From: Saccostrea echinata
Taxonomy: Eukaryota
Length of the DNA: 64,000 nucleotides
Direction of reading: 5' to 3'
NCBI RefSeq assembly: GCF_033153115.1
Contig: NW_026889776.1
Span: forward strand, 2,604,001-2,668,000
Positions 38,900 through 53,000 of this stretch are shown piece by piece (the first letter of the stretch is position 1; each line of letters opens with the position of its first letter). Both the position numbers and the translations under genes were made by a program. Under the pieces are notes generated by a model. That model was not told the origin of the DNA and did no database searches. It saw only the letters and a program-made list of their open reading frames with translations.

Positions 38900-39260
38900 G
38901 GTGTCAAAGCACTTTTTCAAGAAACAACATATCCTTCTAGCAGTTGTAATATTTGTAGGATTGACAATTTTTCTAATGTGATTATCACTAGTATATGTGT
39001 TTGCATTAAATTTATCGATGTACTTCTATATTGGTTATACTTTGAACAGTATAGCACATGTAGAACAAAAGTTGTTTTTTTTTCATTTTCAATAAACAAT
39101 TTACATGAATAGCATAGACGTTTTTCTCTAGGAATAGAGGGTTTACAGTATCTACCCATTTCAATTTACAGTGGACATGGTGGATGGGCACTGATCCTTA
39201 ATTTTGTTAATACAGATCTATAACTTTTTTTCCAAAGGTAGTTTAAATAACTTTGCAATT
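38900..39260 (-). mobile_element. LINE (CR1/L2-type) ORF2 C-terminal remnant
   Basis: KLRISAH...IEMGRYCKPSIPREKRLCYSC...ENE...C..Y...R zinc-knuckle-like tail, degenerate. Confidence 0.65.
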
Positions 39261-39393
39261 TGTATTATGAATATATTGCCAAACCCCTTAACTCCATCAC
39301 TACCCTAACTCTGTCACTTTTAGGAAATGCCTCGCTGTTTATAAATGAATATGATTGTGGTGTCATTTTTTACATGCTGAAAATCTATAATTG

Positions 39394-40779
39394 GGCCATC
39401 ATTAACATGATTAAAAATATCTTTGTTTCCCCTAACCCGACCCTAAAATCTCAAGTTGGATAGGTAGGTAGGCAAATAATTTTTTTTTTCCTGATAGCAG
39501 CTTTGAAAATACATTCTGCAATTTAATGGAATAATACCTTTATAAATGAAAGAAAGTAATTTGTAAACAGAATATCAAACAATTGCCGTTTAAAAGCAAA
39601 ATTTAAGGTAAATTTACAATTCACAACAATTATTCCTTGTAAAATATCTCAAGAAAGTGTAAATTTATTGAAATCAAATGCTAAAAAAAGACTTTAAAAA
39701 TACTTAGATACGTAAAGACTAGACATCTGAGTATATTTTTCAAACCTACTATCAGCTTCAAATGCTTACATATGCAGAGTACTTTTTCAAGGGCCTCGAA
39801 TTGTGAATTTCAATTTGGGGTCCCGAAGTAAGAGCTACAATGTAATTCTAAGTTGCAGGTTCAAATCACATTGTGAGACGTTGAGACCGGTCAGACTGTA
39901 AAATTTAGGCCCAGTGTCACAGTAGATGCTGGTACAAAAATGATCCATCACTGCTCAATGGTAAAAAGTGCTGAGTTCAAGTCTAAATTTGGAGCCCTTC
40001 ACAGTTCTCAAAGGAAAGTTCTTAAAGTAAAGAAACAACCTATCTCCAAGGGCCTAATTAAAGAAAAGTACACTGGACGTCTCAGGAAGCTGTATCACGA
40101 TTTCAAAATTATATTTGGAAAGAGTTTGTAAACAATATTCAATTGAACCAAACCATGATCTAAAATGATAAAATGTCATACACGATGTCATAGTCATGAA
40201 GCTTAACCCATGAATAAAAGGCATGAATAAAGAACGTCTGAATTTTATTCGTCGGAATGAAATATCATATGCACACATATTTACAACTCCTGTAGTCACA
40301 TATAGTAAACATAAGAACATAAATGAACGGTCTCAGATTAAATAAATTTAAAATTGATTGATATGTTCACAAGGTTGGCCCCTCATCTGCTTTTAAGGTG
40401 ACTACTCTGTACCTTAATTTTAAAAGATAGGTTTGAAAATATCACCAAATCACAATTAGTCATAGTGAATTTTATTAACGAAATGTTACAAGTGAGTAGG
40501 ATTCTAATAAGCTAAAGGCAAAAGGTGAATACGTCACAAGAACCCTCTGAGACCACAATGTTATGGGCACCATTTTGTTTCCAACGAACGCTTGAAAATC
40601 ACAGTAGATCAAAATCGGTCATTCTCATAAAAACCGGATTTTGGTGAAATTGTATTTTATGAAAGTTGATGAACAATAAAAAAAAAATTTGAATAAACTT
40701 ATTTAAAAAAAACTTTTCAGTCGGCGATTTAATTGGGTCGGTCGCGTTAGGGGAAACAAACATATTTTTAATTTTGGCC
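39394..40779. mobile_element. Harbinger-like MITE with an internal SINE-like fragment (~39850-40030)
   Basis: GGCCA...TTAAAAATAT.TTTGTTTCCCCTAAC pairs with GTTAGGGGAAACAAACATATTTTTAA...TGGCC. Internal B-box-like GGTTCAAATC. Confidence 0.55.
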
Positions 40780-41448
40780 TTGCCGAGAAATTATAACAGT
40801 CAAGTTCAAGAATGCTTAAAAAAAATAAATAGCAATTACATGTGATATATTGTATCTATCATATATTATTGGAAATCACTAAGCACCTTTTCCTTTATGC
40901 GCTATTTCATCAATATCTAAGACATGTGGGTCAACATGCTCAATTTTACATGTCAGCCACTTTTATGAAGGTCTATGTCTCTTCTATGCTCTTCTTTTTT
41001 CCCTAAGTGGGGGACACAAATTCTCTGAATTAGCTTGTTAAATATAAGGTAAATGACGTCATTTTTTTAAATAGTAATGAAAACAACATATAAGTTCATT
41101 ACTACATTTAGCAAAGAAGAAATAAATTTTAAAATATAATTCAGAGAGTAATGCGGCATGTTTACCGATTATGGTGATGGAGTTAGGGTAGTAGGGGATA
41201 CCATAAATGTGTGACACCACAAGGTTTTGTCAATATATTACCCACAAAAAATTACTGCACGTTCTTCTGATTTTATTATTGTTAACCATTATTTACTCTA
41301 TAAATTTAAATCCCGATATTAGAAATTTATTATATAATTTTTCTGCATGTTCTGTCTAGAAAATTAATTACAGGCCTAATTAGTACGGAGGATATTGCAT
41401 CAGATTCAGAGGCATATATTCTTATGTTTCTGCTCTATCTTTCTAGTG

Positions 41449-41676
41449 ATGGACAGTCAGGTGGCACGAGATGGCCGTCTGATGGAGTTAGTGGATGAGA
41501 AATGGAGAGAAGACAAACTCCCAATGGAGGAAGTCGCTGTGCCGCAGATGGAACTCCCAGAAATAGAACCAGACAATGGACCAACCAATGAGACCTTAAA
41601 AGAGCAGGAACAAAAGTGGACTGACTTGGCTTTGTCATCACTGCATGATCAGCCTCCTGCGACCACTAGTAACTGA
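41449..41676 (+). CDS. ANAPC13: Anaphase-promoting complex subunit 13 (75 aa)
   Basis: MDSQVARDGRLMELVDEKWREDKLPMEEVAVPQMELPEIEPDNGPTNETLKEQEQKWTDLAL matches APC13. Single coding exon; AATAAA at 41995. Confidence 0.95.
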   Translation: MDSQVARDGRLMELVDEKWREDKLPMEEVAVPQMELPEIEPDNGPTNETLKEQEQKWTDLALSSLHDQPPATTSN

Positions 41677-42516
41677 CTAACTGATAATCATACAGAGTAC
41701 CCTCTGGTGTTTATACGAGGTCAAAAAAGTATTAAGTGTAAGGTTATCATTAAAAGTGATGATTATTCCCCATCTTCAGACATAATTTTTAATATATATG
41801 CTACCAGCATGACCAATCTACAATTTCAAATAATAATGTCAAACACTTTTGAGAAAATTGGAAGCTAGGACTAGTGGATTCCTGAGTGTGCAGCTGTACT
41901 TGTGAAGTCCATGCAGTGAAATGAACTTGGTGAGACCGAAATGAATTATGGACCAAGTGAATTTCAATCAGCAGATGTATCTGAATTATTTTAAAATAAA
42001 TTTTATCAAAACATAGTATTGTTTATTACATTGCATTTCATTTTGAACATAGCTCGTGATCAGTACACTTCCAATGCATATAGTTGTCATGAAATACACT
42101 CCATATACCATATTCATTATTATTTTCTAAACTTTAAATATAGGTAAAATGAAGATGAGATGTATGCATTATTGCAATCGAACTTTACCTTGACCTTTAT
42201 TTGATCAAATTCAATCTTAATCATGCAAGGATGCTCAGAGGCAAGTTAGGCTAAATGGTTCAGAAGATGAAAATATAGTTTAGAGATAGATATATGTGCA
42301 GGAAAGCTCATTTGAGCCTAGAGTGAGGTAAGAGGTACTTCTTGCTTTCCCTTGACCACTTTAAATCTGCTATGACACTGCTTAGGATGAATATCATTGC
42401 TATTTGTCACCGTACTCCAGCATACTTCTGACTTGGCGCTGCATTATATAAGGAGCATAGGAACTTTAACCAAGGCTCTTACTTGTAGGAGTACCTATCA
42501 CTGGTGATGAGTGAAT

Positions 42517-43030
42517 TTTTATGCCCCCCTCCTTGAAAAAGTGGGCATATTGCTTTGATCTTATTGGTCAGTCAGTAGACCAAGTGTTGTCCTCTCATAG
42601 TCTAGAGAACCCTTTGACAGACATCAAACTTGGTACATGTGCACTGGCAACTCCTGATGAGTAGATGACCCCTATTGATTTTGAAGTCACAAGTTCAAAG
42701 GTCAAGGATCAAATTACAGGTACTCTAGACATAGGAAGATCTTGTCCATTACAAGTACAGTAGCACCTGTACCTCCTGAAGAGTAGACACAGGAAAATTT
42801 TAGTCCATTCAATATCTTGAGAATTACCATTTGCTTGACGGACATCAAACTTTGGTACACAGTTTTTTCTAAGGAGTAGTTGACCACTGTAGATGTTGAG
42901 GTCACAGGGTCAGAGGTCAAGGGTCAAATTACTCTAGACATTGGAAGATACTGACTGCTCAATATCTTGAGAACCCTTTACTTGATCGACATTAAACTTG
43001 GTACACTGGTTACCCCTAGGGAGTATATGA
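42517..43030 (+). mobile_element. HINE-type fragment with tandem units
   Basis: ttttatgcccccc...gggcatattgc start; repeated gacatcaaacttggtaca units. Confidence 0.5.
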
Positions 43031-44083
43031 GCCCTGTTGAAAGCAGTTTTACTGTATATTCTTTTTGTTGGCCAGAGAATTTAAAGAATGTTGTTTTGTG
43101 TATTATTTTAAAGTCATTACATGTAAGACAATACCTAGACTGTAACAATAAAATTTGCCTTTAGTTATTTTTTAATTGCGATATTAAATTATTACTAGAT
43201 AGAACTTGAACAAAAATATGACTTTCAAAAAGAAAAAAATATATTGAAATAAGATTAAGATTATAAAGCTTGTCTTGATGGATAATTTTGTGACACGGTC
43301 TTGTACCAGATGAATGCATCAGTAAGCATATCCTTATAGGCCTGAAAATCTACTCAGAAAATAGTACTGTCCACAGCAAATAGCATTTCTAGATCATTAT
43401 TCAGTTAATATTTGTGCAGGACATACATAGTACAGGTCTTAGCTTAACTTTGGAATCTTGAACACCAATACCCAGAATACCATGGATATGTCACATGGAT
43501 TTGAAAGTTCCAAGCACTTTTTCTTTGAGTATTTTACCCTCGATATCTCAAATCCTCAGATATCTCATAAATAAAGACTTAAGAAAACTAGATGTTGTTT
43601 CATCTAAATACAATAAATGTGACTGCATGCTATCTCTGCACATTTAGAAATACTGTATGTGTACTTAAAAAAGCAAGCTTCATATTTTAGCGGCTTTGGT
43701 GCAGACAACCATGCACTAATTCATGAATACCGCTATAAAATCATTTATAAATACAATATAAGGCATGTATAGCGCTAATTCATGATTTCGCCAACAACTC
43801 CATACCCAGTGATTGCGCTAAATTTTGAATACGCCAATTTTTGTATACATACAGTATGTCATTGATGACAGAAATGAGACCAATTCAAAAACCTGAATCT
43901 GGTAATTCACCCAAATATAAAAAGTGAGATTTAGCATCATCAACAAGACAAGAAATCTGCATTTAAGATATCTTAAACTCAAAACTTGTACAAAGTTTAG
44001 TTTCTCCGTGCAAACAAAGATGACAACATTTTGTGCATTAATATTTATTGTAAATTTTTTTAAGATCTAATGACTGGTCATCT

Positions 44084-47000
44084 TCAGAGTGGACAATGTC
44101 CAGTCCAGCGAGGGAATGCTGTAACATCTTTTATGTTTGGCATACCCAGTAGAAATTGTAGATAACGGTCAAATCCCATTCCAAAGCCACCATGCGGACA
44201 GGAGCCAAATTCTCTTAGCTCCAGGTACCTAGATCAAAAGACACAGACCAAGATTAAGACTTTCTTATTCCATTTGAAAATTTCAGAAGTTTTCTAAATT
44301 GTAGTAGCTATAAAGGCCTATGGCATGTTCAGGTGTGCATTATAACCTTCTATAGCTTTTTGTTATAAAGGATACAACTATTATTTCATTATAAATACGT
44401 AATGATCACTAGTATTTATGTCTGGTTCCCTTTCCAACTTAGCCTTTGTACTGATGACTTTGATTAAGCTGCTGAATGATGTGGGTAACAGAATGTAATA
44501 TGAAGATCCTATCTTCATTGTAAGATGTTGGAAGCAAAAAGACTTACCAAGAAAGAGCATCCAGGAGATTTTTAGACTTTAACTTCTGATGGAGTAAGTC
44601 ATATCTCTCCTCCCTGAGTGTCCCTCCACAAAGCTCCCCAACACCAGGGATCAAAAGGTCAAGGCCAGCCACCTAACAATTCAAGGTTATCTCATTAAGT
44701 CTGAGTTTTTAAAATTTAAAAAGACTGGCTCTTTATTTAAAAAGGCATTTAAAGGGTGTTATACATTAAGATTGTTCATGCTTACTGTCCTGTTGTCTGG
44801 ATTTCGTCTAGCATAAAAAGGTTTGAGTTCCTCTGGGTAATCCGTTACAAATACAGGAACATTCCCACAATGCTTTACTAAAGCTTTCTCATGAGCTCTC
44901 TGCAGATCATCTCCCCACTGAAAAAAAGAAGCCATCATCAGCATGTTATTCTGCACCAGTGAAATGAGTTTAAAACATAGGTAATCAAAAATTACGAAAC
45001 TCACCTCAATGAATGTTATCTATAAGTAAGGCAAATTTCACATCATATTTTTTTTCTAGTTAGTGTACATCCCAAGATCAATATCCATGCAAGTTTGGTT
45101 TAAGTGGGACTTATGGTTATTTGGAAATAGACCTGCTCAAAAAACTTTTAGCTGTTTACTAAAGAAAATTTTGGTTCCAACATCCAAAGCAAGTCTGAAA
45201 GTTTTCATCCTTAGATGCACCATCTTTGCAAGTTTAATCATAATAATCAGGCCATAATATTATACAGCTACTCCAAAAAAATTACCCTGGTCACTCATCT
45301 AGAAAATGTAGGTCAGATTCAGAATCCAAAGCAAGTCTGGAAGTATCCATCCCTAGATACATCATCCATGCTAGTTTGGGTAAAATATGGCTAAAATTCA
45401 CTCATGTGGAAAATCTAGGTCGAATCCAGCATCCGAAGCAGGTTGGTTAGTGTACATTCCTAGATGCATCATTCATGAAAGTTTGGTCCAGGTAGGGCTT
45501 ATAGTTACTTGGGAATGGACTTGCTCCAAAATCATAATTCATTTAATTTTTAAAATTCAAATCAATACACAATAATTTAAGATCACCATCAATATTAACA
45601 CTTCGTATATGCAGGCAGAGCAGCCCAGTCGGACGCTGCGCTAGATTTATAACAACGTCATGAATAGGGATATCCTATTTTCATCAAATAATAGTGGTTT
45701 TCCACTCCTTGTAGTGTCTCCAAAATTGTACACATCTTTAAAAATCATATATACCAATTCCAAATCAATGAACTAAATACATTCCAATAATTTCAAGTTG
45801 TTTGAATAAATAGATTGTCTCCGAAGTTGTTTCAACCATACTAAAACATAACTTTATCACTGGATGCTGTTCCGTTCGGATGGTGGATGTTGCCTTTTCT
45901 GCCAATTTATAAAACATATTTCTTGCAGTTTATTCTTAATATTTTTACTATCTGTATAGTACGCAATACTAAAGATATCATAAAATGACAATCGCCGCTA
46001 TATTTGCTACATATTTCATTTTCATTAAGTTCTGACTTGTTTTAAAAATAAAATAATCAGTTTCAGAACACTTTATTTCAAAGTTTATAGCATTTTAACC
46101 CTGGGTCATGCGCACTATTTGTGACCCTTAAAGACTACAATTTTTACACAAATATTAGGTTCAAACAATCAAAACTAAACTATTCTGACTTGGATTTTCA
46201 TAACAAATATTTTGGTATACAATAAGTATATCTAAGACCATTCATTTTGACATAAAGGTCATTGTCAATGAACTTTATGGACAACACTCGTATTCCCTAT
46301 TGAGGCCCCTTCATGTTCCCCAGGGCAGTGAATCTAACTAAACTTGAATCTGCACTACCTAAGCAGGGTTAGAAACTCCCTAAAATTACAACTCGCAAAT
46401 AATTGCGAGTACCAACAAAGTGAACTCGCAATTTTATAAGACTATGCACAATTTTCATATAAAGTTAAACTTGTATAAATTAAATACATGTAACTTAAGG
46501 AAAAAGTAACTACTGTACAATACACAAAATACAACTACAGTGTAACTTTTATTTAAATTACTGATTTAAATCAAAAGTATTGTGTTCTGTCATATTATAT
46601 AATTTTGCTACAGTTTCAATGCAAAAAAACTCAACTCGCAAGTTTTTGCAAGTTACCTAATTTTTAACTCGCAATTTGGGAATTCTAACTCGCGTTTTGC
46701 GAGTTGTATACAGTGAATTTCAGACCCTGCTAAGGCTGCTTGCGTTTTTCCTCTTTTTTTTTTACCCCCCCCCCTTTCCAAAATTTAAACAAAAGGCTCA
46801 TGGGCCACAATGCTCACCTAAGTCACTTTGGCCCTGCTGTTCTTCATCAGATTTCTCCCCTTTATACAAGTATATTCCTATGTAAAATTTTGATTCACCT
46901 TTTGTGGCCTCATCCTATATACAGGGGCCATGACTTGAATAAAATTGAATCTACACTACCATAGGATGATTGTATATGACTAATCATGGCTTTACTGTTC

Positions 47001-50000
47001 TTCAGAGAAGATGATTTTTAAAATCTTTTCCTATAAATTCCTATGTAAAAATATGATAATATACTGTGGCCTCAACCTACCCCTGGTGTTCAAGATTTCA
47101 ACAAACTTGAATCTACACTACCTGAGGTATTGTAGATTCAATTGTTCAGATCATGGCCCCTTGGGATAGGGTGGGGCCACAATAGGGAATCTCAGTTTTT
47201 CATTGAAATAAATAGGAAAAAATCTTTTTATTTTTTTTGAATTTTTAAAATGAAGGGTGCCGTTACAATAGGGGAATTTTACATGAGACGATATAGGAAA
47301 TTAACTTTGAAAATCTTTTTAGGAACTTTAATTGCACCATTCATATGCAGACATTCCAAAGTTGAGTGGATTTTTTTTTCAAATTATGCACCCTTGGTTA
47401 GAGTTAGCTAAATCAGAGAGCAAATTTCATATAATGCATGTTACACAGGAAAATAATTTGCCATGAATATGTTGAAGTGATTTGGAAGTCCCAACCACTA
47501 ATCCTTAAAGTATTTTATCCTCGATATTTCAAATCCTCAATATCTCCAAGTTTTTCCTTGGTACCATTGAGTTCAAGATAACTAGGTTTGACAGTATCTC
47601 CTATTTTTGATAAAATAATTGTATCATTTTGGCTTGTATGGAATGTGGCTTTGTAGTCAAACAAGCTAGATTAAATAACCAAGCAATTAAGTGATGTGGA
47701 TGGACCATGCACTTTATCTGCATTTTCTTATTCATAACAACTAAGAGTCAGTGGTGTCTTTTTTATGGCTTCCAGAGGTCACATGAACCTGTATTGCTCA
47801 CCTTAAGTTTTGAAGTGTCAGAAATTCTATTACTAATCTCTAGGGCTTCTTCATATGGCATCCTGTAATGATTAAGGTTTATTTCGCTTTGTCCAACATT
47901 TTAAGAAAAATACATGTATTGCATAATAAAAACATATACTGTATTGATACCTACCTAATAAAGTCTTTCTCAGTCATTGCTTCAATAGCTTTCTATAAAC
48001 AAACATCAAAATATCAGTCTATAGAATCTTAAATACATGTCATAAGTGAACCTATACACACAGTTCCCCTCTTAAGACACACCATCATGTACAATGTAAC
48101 AGAATTTTAACAAATCAATACTTTGATAAGTTATAATACTTACAACACGATCTTTTGAAACTGAGTTCCTCTTGTGGACAAATTCAATATCCTTTGAAGA
48201 AGTTTTTAAGGTGTCATTAGTGATGAACTTTATAAGACCTTCCATCAGCTAAATGAATAAAATTTTTTTTTAGACCAAACCCATTGTAAAAATTTGAAAT
48301 ATTGTTAAAGTACACATGCTTTGATTCCCCACTCAGTTAATTCCCTTCCCCACTTAATTTTTTATGGAGACATCTACATGCCAGATATTGTAAATCTGAA
48401 AGATTATAAAAATTCAGGTCCAAGTAAAGTTTATGCAAAAGAAATAAATAATTTGTCTTCCAAAATCAAAGGCTAAGGCCACATATAGGTCAATACATCA
48501 TCTTATGATGTACATGCTAAAAATCAGGAACATGGGTTAAACAATAATAACAGATGTATTCTGGACCAAGAATTATGTTGCCTTTAAGTCAATGTTGTTT
48601 GTAGGTCATGGCACATTGTTTATGATGGTACTTGTATATTAAATACAAAATAACAAAGATCAATACCAAAGAATAGAAAATTCTGGCTGAGAAAAGCTTT
48701 CTTGCCCAAAAACTAGCAATTTCATTCAGAGATCAAAGGTCAAGATTATTTATAACCACGGACTGCCTTAAACACATGTACTTGCACAAAATATCAATTG
48801 TCCAGTGTAAAACATAAAAAAAAGTGATGACAAAGGCATTATTGTATCAATGTATGTGAAGATCAAGAAGAACTTGCTTAAAAAATGATATGTCTCCCAG
48901 AGATATTATACATAGGAAGCATCTGTAGCTTGGCTAATACAATTAATGATTATGCAATTACCTGCATGATGTCTTCTAGACTATCAGTAAAGGAGAGTTC
49001 AGCTTCAATCATGTAGAACTCTGCTAGATGGTGAGTGGTCGCACTCCTCTCTGCACGGAAGGCGGGGCTAAATGTGTATACTTTACTGATCCCACTGTCA
49101 TTAAAATTATAGGAAACAATATTATACCTCTCTGTTCAGGGTTTACCAACAAAACTAACAACTAATATTTATCTGTATTCTTATATCAATACCGAGAGCT
49201 CAGTAGTGAACATGTTGACACATATTTGTTAGCACATCTCAATCCTAAGAACCATGATTTGAAGAACTTTCAACTAAATTACAGGGAATGCTTTCCATTT
49301 AATTTAACAATTTAAGGAAAGTTGTGCTTAAAAGTTCTTTGAAATTCAGAAAATGGAGTTAAGTTTGGATTACATTTGCAGATATTTATGATGAAAGATT
49401 GTCTGCATTGGGGGAACTAAATATGGAATTAACTTTAACCATGCACTTACAAATATTGACTTCAGGGTAATCAGTATGTGTTTATAAAGATTAAGGGAGG
49501 GTCATATTATACACTAGGCTCCAAGGAAATATCACTATAAGGAATTGCTCAATGTTTTCCACATAACACCTACTTTAACCGAAGCACAAAAGTAGATACA
49601 TGTAGGTGAACAAGAGAAGTAGCTTTGATGCTGGAAGAATTACCTTGCCATGGCCTCCAGATGGAGCTGTCCTGACACAGTGAGGAATGCCTGACTGTAA
49701 AAGAACTCAGAGGCAGTTTTCTTTTCATTGCTTTCAGTTTGTTTGTCTGAAATCTGCAAATTTTATACCAATTTTATAAATGCTGAGAAAATATTCAAAT
49801 TTCTATGCACAATTATTTTTGGCAGTCTGTTCTGAAAAAAGCATGGACAACAATGAACATATTACATAAGTAGAAAAGTTATTAGACAGTAAATACATAT
49901 AATTTTACCTTAACAGTGAAAAGTTGTCCAGCACCTTCACAGTCATTGGATGATAAAATAGGTGTGTGAATAAATATGTATCCATTCTCCTAAAAATAAA

Positions 50001-53000
50001 TATGTATCCATTCTCTAAAAACAAATATGTATCCATTCTCCTTAAAATAAATATGTATATATTCTCCTAAAAATAAATATGTAGCCATTCTCCTTAAAAT
50101 TAAACTTTCTACTTTATCTACACATGTTATCTACTGTCTACAACTTTAATTAGTAACTATTGGATAACATTTGTATTGAATATGTAACATTTCAAATGAC
50201 AGTTTCTTGATGACATGTATTTAGAAAATTGTTATATTTTCAAGTATTATCATATAAATCTGTTTTATATAATAAATTACTGTGTAAAACATTGCATCCT
50301 CTGAGTCTCTCTCTCTCTCTCTCCTGTTTACTAGTATTTCTGAAGAAATCTATCATGTAAAATTATGGCAAAGTAAGAACAAAAGGACATCTACATACCT
50401 GGAAGTACCTGTGCACAGCCATTGTAGCAGTGTTTCTGATCCTCATTACAGAGGAGAAGAGACTTGTTTTTGGTCTAAGGTGAGGATATTGTCTTGAGTA
50501 ATCATTAGAGTGAATTGTTCTTGGTTGAAAAGGATATTTCTGAAAATGTTATGTACAATTTCATTAAAATTTACATATTTCATCTGAACATGAAATATGG
50601 AGATAACAAACAGTAATCAAGCTCAAAAGTCCACTGAAACAATACAAATCAGGAGGAGAGTAAACATGAACCTCCAAAAACATTAGAGGTAGGATCAGAT
50701 GCCATAGAGGGGTAAGCATTGGCTGTTGTCCAGTCACCATACATGTGATATGTACCGGTGGTATGCAAAATGTTCCATTTTTCGAGCCCATTCATCGTGT
50801 ACTGGCGGGAAACCAAAATTCACGGAATACGAAAATTTGTACAGTATTTTGAATATCTCGCTAAATGCCACCATTTTCCTCTCATTCTTGCTCACGAGAC
50901 ACTGGAAAACGTCACCTGTGTTTGATACTTGACCCTCTGATAATTGCGTAGTGTACACAAACCATCGTGTGTGAAGGTGTGAACTGCCAATTGGGATAAT
51001 TATCTTGCTATAAATCCGTATCAAGATACCGCTTTAGGTAGCTTTATTTTTAAAGGGGTACTTAATTATAACTATTAATGTTTCGTAACTTGATTGAAAA
51101 AAATTAAGCCAACTTCTAAAGTTGATATACATGACTTAATATACAGGAATCTGACCCAGATCTTTGTAGGTATAAAATATACGATGTTTATTACCATGAT
51201 TACACTGAAATAAAGGATATAGTTTTAAGTTTTTATGTGCTGAAATTTATGTATGATTGTATTTGCTGCTGTTATTTAGCATTGCTGATGTATATATTAG
51301 TAATATGAACAAGATGTAAATTGGAGACATTGACTCTCACGTTAATACTATATAAAGCTGGCAAACAAACTATCATCTAAACTAGCTTGATTTATAGTCA
51401 ATTTATAAGAACATTGTGATTATAAAACACAATATATGAAATTTTAAAGCATTCAAATCTCCATTACAACTTTTAAAACAAGATGTGTTTGTGAAACACT
51501 GATGCCCCCGTATGGCAGGTTATGGCGAAGGTTAAAGTTTCTCAAATGCAAGTCAAAATCCAGGCCAAAAGATAAAAAATGTTAAATTTGAAAGCCCTTG
51601 CTGCAACTGTTCAAGAGTTATGGCGAAGGTTAAAGTTTTTTAAAAGTAAGTAAAACATCAAGGTCAAGGTCAAAGTTGTTGGTATCCAAAGGAAGGTCTT
51701 GTCACAAGGATTACGTATGTGAAGTATGAAAGCCCTAGCACCAACCATTCAAAAGTGATGGCCAAGATTAAAGTTTTTTCGAAAGTAGGTCAAACTCCTA
51801 TGTCAATGTCAAAGGGTCAAAGTGGTTGGTATCCAAAGGAAGGTAATGTCACAAGGATTACATATGTGAAGTATGAAAGCCCCAGCATCAACCATTCAAA
51901 AGTTATGGCCAAGGTTAAAGTTTTTCAAAAGTAGGTCAAACACCTAGGTCAAGGTCAAAAGGTCAAAGTGGTTGGTATCCAAAGGAAGGTCTTGTCACAA
52001 GAATTACATATGTGAAGTATGAAAGCCCTAGCATCAACCATTCAAAAGTTATGGCCAAGGTTAAAGTTTTTCAAAAGTAGGTCACACTCCTAGGTCAAGG
52101 TCAAAGGGTCAAAGAGGTTGATATCCAGAGGAAGGTCTTGTCACAAGGAATACACATGTGAAGTTTGAAACCCCAAGCTCCAACTGTTCAAAAGTTATGG
52201 CCAAGGTTAAAGTTTTTCAAAAGTAGGTCACACTCCAAGGTCAAGGTCAAAGGGTCAAAGAGGTTGATATCCAGAGGAAGGTCTTGTCACAAACAATACA
52301 CATGTGAAGTTTGAAACCCCAAGCACCAACCGTTCAGAAGTTATGGCCAAGGTTAAAGTCTCATAAAATTTTGCAAAAGTGGGTCAAACTCCAAGGTCAA
52401 GGTCAAAAGGTCAAATATGATGGTACCCAAAGAAAGGTCTTGTCACAAGGAATCAGGGATGGGGTAATCGTAATCGAGTAATCGTAATCGATTGTAATGA
52501 TTACTTTTTTCAAGTAATCGACAGTAATCTGTAATCGAAGAGATTTTCAATTACTTGTAATCATAATTTAATCGATTACAGCTAAAATTTTCAATGTAAT
52601 TATAATTACTTGTTCGATTACTTTCGATTATTTTATACATAAATGGATGTTATTTTGGAGAATTATTTCCAGTCAGTCACACATAAAAATTTGATATAAA
52701 ATATAAACCACCTGGTGTAATGTTTAGATTTCCTAACTTTTATTATTATAAGTTTTATGATGTTCTCAATAAATTTTGCATTATAGACCTACTGGTCTAG
52801 TATTTAATAATTCAGAAGTGTATTTCAACCATTTATTAATAAAATATACAGATTTTTCGTGTGGATTTTACATTTGACCCACTGTCCTCTTGCTGCATGT
52901 CCCTTTTCATATTTCAGATGTTGAAAAACTTTGTCTTGTAATAGAAAATTATAAATAGCAAAAACAGATTGAAGTGCTGTATTAAATATAAATAATTTGG

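Noticed and set aside
41395-41448. N-terminal extension of ANAPC13 in the ORF track
   Set aside because: It starts at TTG and spans a polypyrimidine tract and acceptor, so it is intronic.
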